From Salinispira sp. (GTDB lineage Bacteria > Spirochaetota > Spirochaetia > DSM-27196 > Salinispiraceae): 64,000 bases of DNA. The notes beneath the pieces were generated by a model. It was not told the origin of the DNA, made no database searches, and worked only from the letters and a program-made list of their open reading frames with translations. Shown piece by piece: positions 56,750-64,000 of this stretch (position 1 is its first letter; each line of letters starts with the position of its first letter). Made by a program: the position numbers and the translations under genes. The stretch covers positions 320,001 to 384,000 of the forward strand of contig OZ271918.1 of the NCBI GenBank assembly GCA_965602015.1. Reading direction: 5' to 3'.

Positions 56750-57488
56750 GCAGAATCTGGAAGTAGGCTCCCTGTACTACCGCTACGGGGGGCTTCCGGT
56801 TCTCGAGGATATCAGTTTCGGTGTCCGCCCCGGTGAGGGAGTGGCCATACTTGGCCCAAGCGGCTGCGGCAAGAGCACCCTTCTTCACATAATCGCCGGG
56901 CTTTTGGAAGTGGAGTCCGGAGACGTCCGCTTCGACGATAAATCGATGACTGGCCGCCCCGGCTGGATCAGCTACATGCAGCAGGATGATTTACTGCTGC
57001 CCTGGAAAACCGTAGAGGCCAATATCTGCCTTCCCCTCATTATAAAGGGAATTGATGCCCGGCGCGCCAGGAAGCAGGTCGACGATCAGCTTGAGGAATT
57101 CGGACTGGAGGGTTTTGCCGATCATTATCCGGATCAGCTCTCCGGAGGCATGCGGCAGAGGGCTGCGTTTATGCGCTCCTGCATGTTTCGCCAGGACTTC
57201 CTGCTTCTCGATGAACCGTTCTCCCGACTGGACTATCTCACCCGCCGGGGCATGCATCAGTGGTTTATGAAATATCTCGAAGAGCACAGGCCGGGCTTTG
57301 TTCTGGTCACCCATGACCCAAGGGAGGCTCTGTTACTGGCCGACAGGGTGCTTGTTCTCAGTTCGAGGCCGGCGAAAATCATCGACAGCATCGAGCTGAA
57401 TGCCCCCCGGAACCGGGACGGCGAGTACCTCTCCAGCCCCGAGGCCCGAGATGCAATGGAGCGGATTGTTGCAAAAGCACTGACATGA
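56730..57488 (+). CDS. ABC ATP-binding protein, ThiZ-like
   Basis: GPSGCGKST, LSGGMRQR, LLLDEPF and VTHD motifs. Confidence 0.9.
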   Translation: MTSSPNKQNLEVGSLYYRYGGLPVLEDISFGVRPGEGVAILGPSGCGKSTLLHIIAGLLEVESGDVRFDDKSMTGRPGWISYMQQDDLLLPWKTVEANICLPLIIKGIDARRARKQVDDQLEEFGLEGFADHYPDQLSGGMRQRAAFMRSCMFRQDFLLLDEPFSRLDYLTRRGMHQWFMKYLEEHRPGFVLVTHDPREALLLADRVLVLSSRPAKIIDSIELNAPRNRDGEYLSSPEARDAMERIVAKALT

Positions 57489-57503
57489 CGGTAATATGCC
57501 CCA

Positions 57504-59003
57504 ATGAAGCTCAAGTCCGGGGCGATTAATGCTGCCCGAGTGTACATGATCGGCATAAAAGGCACCGGAATGTCCGCCCTTGCAGAGCTGCTGGCCGGGG
57601 AAGGGGCTGCGGTAAGCGGTTCCGACGTCGGGGAGCGCTTTTACACCGACGCTATCCTTGAAAAAAACCGGATTCCGGTTAACCAGGGCTTCCGCGCCGA
57701 TCAGGTTCCGGAAGATGCCGACCTGGTAGTTTACTCGCCCGCCTATGATATTCACAGTCATCCCGAGCTTCTGAGGGCCCGGGCCCTGGGTCATGCCCCC
57801 CTGGAATACACAAAGGCTTTGGGAGAGTACAGCTCGAGCCTTCCCCTCGCGGCGGTTTCGGGCATCCACGGCAAAACCACAACCACCGCCATGATCGGCG
57901 CCATAATCAAGGCTCTGGACCTGCCCGCAAAGGTGTTGGTCGGCTCCGCGGTGAGCAATTTCGGAGGGAGTCCGACCTTTAACAACGGCAACCGCTTTAT
58001 GGTCGCCGAGACCTGCGAGTACCGCCGGCATTTTCTGGACTTCTCCCCCGATCATATCCTGATAACCAGCATTGAGCCGGATCACCTCGACTATTTTTCT
58101 GATGAGGATGATGTCCGGCAGGCGTTTTGCGAATTCATGGACCTTCTGCCTTCGGACGGCCGGGTGGTCTATTGCGCTGATGACCCCGGAGCCAAGGAAA
58201 CTGTAGAAGGCTATGTGGCTCAACGAACTGATGTCACTGCCGTGCCCTACGGCTTTGAAGCCGCTGGCGATTACCGCCTGGAGGCCCTGGCTTCCGAAGA
58301 CGGCGTACAGCGTTTTAGTCTTTCGGGTTACCGGCAGACCTTTTCATTGCCGTATCCCGGCATCCACTCCTTAAGGAATGCCGCCGGGGCTATGGCCCTT
58401 TTGGGCTCCATTCTCGGGCGGTCCGCTTCACAGATGGATGAAGATTTTGGCGCTGATATGGCGAAAGCCCTGGCCGGCTTCTCGGGAACAACCCGGCGAA
58501 ATGAAATTGTTGCCGATATCGGCGGGGTGAGGATAATCGACGACTATGCCCACCACCCGACGGCTATCCGGACAACTCTTGCGGGTTTCCGTACCTTTTA
58601 CGGCTCCCGGCGTCTCATCGTCGATTTTATGTCCCACACCTATAGCAGAACTTCCGCCCTCCTCGATGAGTTCGCCCGGGCGTTTGCAGACGCGGATATC
58701 CTCATTCTCAACGAGATTTACGCTTCCGCACGGGAGCATAACGATAGCGGGGTAAGCGGCGAGTCCCTGTTCCGTAAGGCACAAGAGCATCACGAGGATG
58801 TCCGCTACATTGCCGATTTCGACGAGGCCGCCACGGCGGTTTTTGCCATAGTCAAGCCGGGAGATGTTTTTGTCACCATGGGTGCAGGAAATAACTGGGA
58901 AATCGGACGCATGCTCCGCGATAAGCTTCTTGCCCGTGATGGCAGCAAAACACCCGGGTCCCGGGCCAGCGGCTTCGACGGAGCCACAGGAGTAAGGAAA
59001 TGA
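57504..59003 (+). CDS. murC: UDP-N-acetylmuramate--L-alanine ligase
   Basis: IGIKGTGMSALA, G.HGKTTTT, DHLDYF, DDYAHHPT and HTYSRT motifs. Confidence 0.95.
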   Translation: MKLKSGAINAARVYMIGIKGTGMSALAELLAGEGAAVSGSDVGERFYTDAILEKNRIPVNQGFRADQVPEDADLVVYSPAYDIHSHPELLRARALGHAPLEYTKALGEYSSSLPLAAVSGIHGKTTTTAMIGAIIKALDLPAKVLVGSAVSNFGGSPTFNNGNRFMVAETCEYRRHFLDFSPDHILITSIEPDHLDYFSDEDDVRQAFCEFMDLLPSDGRVVYCADDPGAKETVEGYVAQRTDVTAVPYGFEAAGDYRLEALASEDGVQRFSLSGYRQTFSLPYPGIHSLRNAAGAMALLGSILGRSASQMDEDFGADMAKALAGFSGTTRRNEIVADIGGVRIIDDYAHHPTAIRTTLAGFRTFYGSRRLIVDFMSHTYSRTSALLDEFARAFADADILILNEIYASAREHNDSGVSGESLFRKAQEHHEDVRYIADFDEAATAVFAIVKPGDVFVTMGAGNNWEIGRMLRDKLLARDGSKTPGSRASGFDGATGVRK

Positions 59004-59869
59004 TTCAAAGCATGACGGGATACGGCTTCGGAGAGTACAGCGATGACCGATACAATATCTCCGCAGAAATAAAGGGCTACAATAACCGCTATCTGGACAT
59101 CCAGCTCACCATGCCCTCCACCCTCGGCGCAATGGAAAACGAACTTCGGACCTTGATTAAAGAACAGTTCACCCGCGGCCGGGTCGAGGTGTATATCCGG
59201 GTGCAGAGCTCGGAATCTCAGGCCGAAGCCCGGGTCGACCTTTCGCAGGGCAGGGAAATCGCCGATGCCCTGCACACATTAAAGGCCGCAGCAGGCGCGA
59301 AGGGACCGGTCACCCTCGATCATCTTCTGCATTTCGAGGGATTGATTCGCCTGGAAAAGAACCGGGATCCCGAGGCCATCCGGCCGATGATTACCGACTG
59401 CATAAAAAAGGCCGTGGACGATTTTCGCCAGAGCCGGATGAGGGAAGGCGAGACAACGGTGGCGGATATTAATGCCCAGCTCGAGCGCTTTGAACACGGC
59501 TTCGGCGGAATCTCACGACGGGAAAAGGATATTGAAAACCATATCAACTCCCAACTGCGAAGCCGTTTCGCGGAGGTTCTGGGGGATCAGGTTGAGGAGC
59601 AGCGTGTATTAACCGAGCTTGCCGCGCTTGTGGTGAAACATTCAATCAACGAGGAACTCAGCAGGCTGGGCGCTCACATCAGCCAGTTCCGCAGCGAAAT
59701 CGAGGCCGGCGGCGCACTTGGAAAGAGACTTGATTTCCTGTGTCAGGAAATGAACCGGGAAACCAATACCATCGGATCCAAAAATCTCCTCACGGAAATC
59801 TCCTCGTTTGTCATCGAAATGAAGGATGCCCTGGAAAATATCCGGGAACAGCTCAGGAACATAGAATGA
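59000..59869 (+). CDS. yicC: YicC/YloC-family endoribonuclease
   Basis: MIQSMTGYG, NNRYLD and GKRLDFLCQEMNRE.NTIGSK motifs. Confidence 0.93.
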   Translation: MIQSMTGYGFGEYSDDRYNISAEIKGYNNRYLDIQLTMPSTLGAMENELRTLIKEQFTRGRVEVYIRVQSSESQAEARVDLSQGREIADALHTLKAAAGAKGPVTLDHLLHFEGLIRLEKNRDPEAIRPMITDCIKKAVDDFRQSRMREGETTVADINAQLERFEHGFGGISRREKDIENHINSQLRSRFAEVLGDQVEEQRVLTELAALVVKHSINEELSRLGAHISQFRSEIEAGGALGKRLDFLCQEMNRETNTIGSKNLLTEISSFVIEMKDALENIREQLRNIE

Positions 59870-60555
59870 ATAAGCGCAACACAGAGGAACTGCCGGCGGC
59901 TGCCGATTCCCCGAACGGGGAATCCCGATCTGGAGAAACCAGAAGCGGGGAAGCCCGGGAGGATGACCTCCGGATCGCCGAGTTAAGCCGAAAGGCGAAG
60001 GAAGCAATTTCCGGCCAACCGATCAGCATTGCGGTTTCGGGCAAAAGCGGCTGCGGCAACACCACCCTCAGCAAGCTCATCGCCAAAACCCTCGACCTGG
60101 AGTTTATCAACTACACCTTCCGCAACCTGGCCGTCGAACGCGGGGTGACCCTGGAAGATATTATCGAACAAGCCGGCCGGGATGACGAAATTGACCGTAC
60201 CATCGACCGCCGCCAGGTTGAAATGGCCAGCCGGGGGAACTGTGTTCTTGCCTCCAGACTCGCCATCTGGCTAAAAAAAGACGCGGATTTGTCAGTGTAT
60301 CTTTACGCCGACGAGCAGATAAGGGTATCCCGTATTGCCGCCCGGGAGGGTTGGACCTTGGAAACCGCGGCGGAACACACTGCCATGCGCGACCGGGAAG
60401 ACCATCAGCGCTATTTGGCCATCTACGGCATCGACAACGATGATTACGGTTTTGCCGACCTGGTGCTGGATGCCGGTACTCTGAGCCCACGGGAAGAACT
60501 CATCGAGGTACTCAAAGCCCTTATTGAAGGCGTTGGAAAGCGGAGAAAAAAGTAA
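59866..60555 (+). CDS. Cytidylate kinase-like protein (archaeal-type Cmk)
   Basis: IAVSGKSGCGNTT, FR.LA.E.G, D..ID..Q, SRLA.W and RY..IYGID motifs. Confidence 0.8.
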   Translation: MNKRNTEELPAAADSPNGESRSGETRSGEAREDDLRIAELSRKAKEAISGQPISIAVSGKSGCGNTTLSKLIAKTLDLEFINYTFRNLAVERGVTLEDIIEQAGRDDEIDRTIDRRQVEMASRGNCVLASRLAIWLKKDADLSVYLYADEQIRVSRIAAREGWTLETAAEHTAMRDREDHQRYLAIYGIDNDDYGFADLVLDAGTLSPREELIEVLKALIEGVGKRRKK

Positions 60556-60690
60556 TTATAATTTTCCTGAGGCGGGCATGTAAGGAGGACCAATGGCCTG
60601 TGTTTATTTGCTAGTCAACAGCCGGCTCACAGAGATGGCGGGAGCTCCATGCGCCGCCCTATCCAGATCCAATAAATCAGTGGAGGGCCT

Positions 60691-61350
60691 GTGAGTTCGG
60701 CGATATGGTATGCCCTTATACTCCTTCTTCATATTCTTGCGCCGGCGGGAAACGTCACGCTGCCGGCGGAGGTGTACATCGATTCGGTTCCGGTGGCAAG
60801 CCTTGAAATCCGGGGCGACATGCGCTCCGGAGAACTTCATGGCGAACCCGGGTTGATCGGCGAGTATGAATCCTCCCGGCGATACCGCCAAAGTTATCAG
60901 CTGTTTCCCCGCTTCGATGTGCTGTCTGCGGTGACCGAAGGCATCGATGAAGAGGACCATCAGCAAAGTATGGGGGATACCCGCGCGATGGGACAAACGG
61001 CCGGGGGTAATGCTCCCTCTTCTCAAGGGGTAGAGAACCCCGCAGGCCTAGCTCCGGCTGATGCGCCCGCTACGACTTTGCGATATGCCTCGGGAGAATT
61101 GCCTCCCCTTTCTGTGGACCTCACTCCGGTAATGAGCGCAATTACCGTACCCGAAATCGGTCGGCAAGTCTCGTTTACCCAGACGGGTTACGAAGAACTG
61201 TTTTCCGGCTCCGGGGATTCCGAACAGATGGCTCCCGAAGGGGTTCGAAGCAGCGCTGAAAGCCCAAACCGGTGGATTATCCGCCGCAGCTCCAGCCAAA
61301 TCTCCTTGGCGGCGCCCCACCTGGGACTGCTGGTTATCGTCCGATTCTGA
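60691..61350 (+). CDS. Hypothetical exported protein
   Basis: GTG start after ggagg, hydrophobic N-terminus; no recognised domain. Confidence 0.55.
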   Translation: MSSAIWYALILLLHILAPAGNVTLPAEVYIDSVPVASLEIRGDMRSGELHGEPGLIGEYESSRRYRQSYQLFPRFDVLSAVTEGIDEEDHQQSMGDTRAMGQTAGGNAPSSQGVENPAGLAPADAPATTLRYASGELPPLSVDLTPVMSAITVPEIGRQVSFTQTGYEELFSGSGDSEQMAPEGVRSSAESPNRWIIRRSSSQISLAAPHLGLLVIVRF

Positions 61351-61401
61351 CGGGTCAATCGCGGCGGTTCCCATTTGATCGGTGGCCGGCGCTTTGCTAC
61401 T

Positions 61402-61902
61402 ATGGTGTCCATGAACAGAAAATCTATTCTCTTTGTTTGCACAGGAAATATCTGCAGAAGTCCCCTTGCTCATGCCCTCTTTGAACATCATGCCAAAAAT
61501 CAGGGCCGGGAAGGGGATTTCACGGTGGAATCCGCCGGCACCCACGGCTACCACGTCGGGGAGAATGCCGACCAGCGCATGCGGGCCACCGCGTCACGGC
61601 GGGGCACGCCGTTCAGCCATCCGGCCCGGCACCTCAGCCTGAGCGATATCAGAAACTACGACTACATTTTTGTGATGGACCATGGACACATGCGCGAGGT
61701 GCGGGCCATGGCCGCCGCCCATGGAATCGGGGGTCTCGACGGACGGCTTCGCATGTTCAGGGAGTTCGATCCCCTGGGCAGCGAAAGCGACGAGGTACCG
61801 GACCCGTACTATGGCGGCCAAACCGGTTTTGACACGGTCTACGACATGGTGGACCGAACGTCGATTTCCATTCTCGAGGCTCTTGAAGATGGCCGTCTCT
61901 GA
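61402..61902 (+). CDS. Low-molecular-weight protein tyrosine phosphatase
   Basis: FVCTGNICRSP, SAGT and VPDPYYG motifs. Confidence 0.93.
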   Translation: MVSMNRKSILFVCTGNICRSPLAHALFEHHAKNQGREGDFTVESAGTHGYHVGENADQRMRATASRRGTPFSHPARHLSLSDIRNYDYIFVMDHGHMREVRAMAAAHGIGGLDGRLRMFREFDPLGSESDEVPDPYYGGQTGFDTVYDMVDRTSISILEALEDGRL

Positions 61903-62788
61903 CGCCCTCCTCGATGTAATAAAAAGGCATTGGCAGTCCTCTGTCGATCCAAGCACACTGTCGCTTCGCTCCCTTGGCGGGGGCTGCATCAATGAGGTTG
62001 TGCTGGTACGATCTCCGGTTTTTGGTGAAGTGGTGGTAAAACACCGAAGGGCCGCACCGGCAGGGTTTTTCGCTGCGGAAGCCCATGGACTTGAATCCCT
62101 GGCACAGGCTGCCGCCATTGATCCCGAGTCACTCAGGGTTCCCCGGCCCATCGGTTACAATGACGAATACCTCATCATCGAGCACATCAGCAGGGGTAAG
62201 CCCGGATCCGAGTTTCCGCGGCGCTTCGGAAGGGCCCTGGCGATTATGCATCAAACGGCAGATAAGAACCGGCCCTACGGCGGAACGGACAATTTTATCG
62301 GCTTAAGTCCCCAGGCCAACGGCGGTCCGGATTCCGACCTGAGTTGGCCGGATTTTTTTGTGAAATTCCGGCTGGAATTTCAGATGGCCCTGGCAAAAAA
62401 AACCGGGCGGGCGGATACGGTCCTTGAGTCGGCGGTGAGTCATGTCATCGCACATATTCATCGCGTGCTGCCCGAATGCCCTCCGGCCTCGCCTCTTCAC
62501 GGCGATCTGTGGGGCGGAAATTACCTGGTTGATACTGCCGGCAGGGCGGTGCTGATCGATCCGGCGTACTACCGGGGTCACGGGGAGGCTGATCTGGCGA
62601 TGACCGAGCTCTTTGGAGGTTTCCCCCGGGAATTCTATGAGGGTTACCGGGAGGTAATCCCCGATGACGGAAATTACGGGCGTCGCCGCGAGGTCTACAA
62701 TCTCTATCACCTGCTCAATCATCTCAATCTGTTCGGCGGGGGGTACCGTAGCTCGGCACTCGCCGCGGCAAAGGCGACGGGCTTGTGA
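61889..62788 (+). CDS. Fructosamine kinase family protein
   Basis: GGGCIN, EA.GL, LHGDLWGGN, IDPA.Y.GH.E.DLAM and LNHLNLFG motifs. Confidence 0.92.
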   Translation: MAVSDALLDVIKRHWQSSVDPSTLSLRSLGGGCINEVVLVRSPVFGEVVVKHRRAAPAGFFAAEAHGLESLAQAAAIDPESLRVPRPIGYNDEYLIIEHISRGKPGSEFPRRFGRALAIMHQTADKNRPYGGTDNFIGLSPQANGGPDSDLSWPDFFVKFRLEFQMALAKKTGRADTVLESAVSHVIAHIHRVLPECPPASPLHGDLWGGNYLVDTAGRAVLIDPAYYRGHGEADLAMTELFGGFPREFYEGYREVIPDDGNYGRRREVYNLYHLLNHLNLFGGGYRSSALAAAKATGL

Positions 62789-62855
62789 TGCCCAAAAGAG
62801 CCCGAGGGATCATTGATGCGGGCGGCCGGGTCTCCTATCATTACGGTGAGGATCG

Positions 62856-63272
62856 ATGATGTTTGAGTCGCTAAGCACCGGAACCCTGATGTTTTTGGAT
62901 TACTTTTTTCTCATTTTCCACGGAGTGTTTGTGGTTTTTAATGTCTTGGGGTGGATCTGGAGGAGCACCCGGCGCCTGCACATCATTACCATCGCGCTGA
63001 CGCTGTTTTCCTGGCTTGTTCTGGGGATATGGTATGGTTTCGGCTACTGTTTCTGCACCGACTGGCATTGGCAGGTGCGAAGTCTTTTGGGAAATCCTCC
63101 TCACCATTACTCGTACATTCAGTTTCTTGTGGAGGAGATTACCGGTGTAAATCCTCCGCGGCAGCTTACCTATGATGTGACAATGATCAGCTTTGCGGTC
63201 ATTGTCTTTCTCAGCGTCGTGATGAATATTGCCGACCTGCTGCGCCGCCGGCGCCGTCTCCAACAGGAGTAG
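62856..63272 (+). CDS. DUF2784-like membrane protein
   Basis: FH.....FN..GWIW...H...SW..LGIWYG.GYC..TDWHW motif. Confidence 0.78.
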   Translation: MMFESLSTGTLMFLDYFFLIFHGVFVVFNVLGWIWRSTRRLHIITIALTLFSWLVLGIWYGFGYCFCTDWHWQVRSLLGNPPHHYSYIQFLVEEITGVNPPRQLTYDVTMISFAVIVFLSVVMNIADLLRRRRRLQQE

Positions 63273-63303
63273 AGCACCGGGTGGCGCGGCGGGGACACCG
63301 GGA

Positions 63304-64000
63304 CTAAAAAAGTCGGCCGGCGTCCAAAGCCCTCAAATAGCTCTGTTCCAGGGCGTCCAGAAGCTGACGCTCCTCGCTGCTGACATTGCCGTCGGCTTCG
63401 GCGGCTTTCCGCATCAAATCGATGATCTTTCGGCGCTTTCCGATGTCCAGCGGCATGCGTATGCTGATTCTCCCGCTCTTGGCCTGGGCAAACAGCGGCT
63501 CGATGTTCGACAGCCGATACCCCAGTTTTTTTGCGCTCTCCTCGAGAAAATCCCGTTCCTCGGGCGCCAGAACCCCGTCGGCGGCGGCCATCACCAGAAG
63601 GTTGTTGATTACATAATCCCGTACGTCGTAGAGGTTCTCCAGCAGTGCGGGATTCATCTTGACCTTCATCCTGGGCAGTTCGCTATGCATCTTCTGATAA
63701 TCCGCCCAGGTGAGATAATCGTCGAGGACCCACTCGAGCTCACCGGAGTTATATTCAGCGCCGCAGTAAGGGCAGGTAACATCAGTTGAATCGGAAATCG
63801 GGGCTCCGCAGGAGGCGCATTGATGCATGAGCACCGAGCCCTTCGCGCCCTGTCCGGCCATTTTCCGCTTGAGCACCAGCACGCGGTCCTGGGAAATCAG
63901 GGACGGATCGAGTATGCGCAGCCGCCCGTCCTTTACGGTAATCCGTTGAGCGGTGAACTGAACCGCTACGTAAGCCTTGAAAAAGTCTCCTTCTTCATGG
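63304..64000 (-). CDS. Tim44-like / zinc-ribbon / TerB-domain protein, 5' partial
   Basis: CASCGAP...CPYCG zinc ribbon, then two AADG....EE TerB motifs; true start probably lies beyond the window edge. Confidence 0.7.
   Translation of the reverse strand, partial: HEEGDFFKAYVAVQFTAQRITVKDGRLRILDPSLISQDRVLVLKRKMAGQGAKGSVLMHQCASCGAPISDSTDVTCPYCGAEYNSGELEWVLDDYLTWADYQKMHSELPRMKVKMNPALLENLYDVRDYVINNLLVMAAADGVLAPEERDFLEESAKKLGYRLSNIEPLFAQAKSGRISIRMPLDIGKRRKIIDLMRKAAEADGNVSSEERQLLDALEQSYLRALDAGRLF

Overview
A 64 kb GC-rich bacterial chromosomal window, probably from a free-living spirochaete (inferred from gene content: PEGA and PKD lipoproteins, an MCP, and a cytidylate-kinase-like protein with a SGKSGCGNTT P-loop). 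Most of it is metabolic or housekeeping: decarboxylase beta subunit, korAB, long-chain acyl-CoA ligase, fhs, TldD/TldE, murC, yicC, and a TPP-riboswitch-controlled thiamine-precursor ABC operon. No rRNA, tRNA or CRISPR array was seen. The main find is a three-tier mobile-DNA system. (1) An IS1/IS1595-like element with an atypical catalytic motif has ends TGCCCC(C/G)AAAACAGCTGAT. (2) About 144-bp MITEs and solo ends carry the same end sequence across the window. (3) Two 1305-bp IS110-family (IS1111-type) elements both sit at the same CA dinucleotide of that end motif. Their 3' non-coding region contains segments matching both halves of the target and the predicted circle junction, which reads as a bridge/seek RNA aimed at another transposon's ends. 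Other highlights: a promoter, Thr/Asn-rich leader peptide and attenuator in front of a stand-alone ThrRS-like anticodon-binding domain; a leader peptide with a possible anti-SD switch ahead of an rsgA/AAC(6')-like cluster; a MotB/OmpA pseudogene; and in-frame repeat expansions in two enzymes. All protein calls come from motif recognition by eye; no database searches were run.
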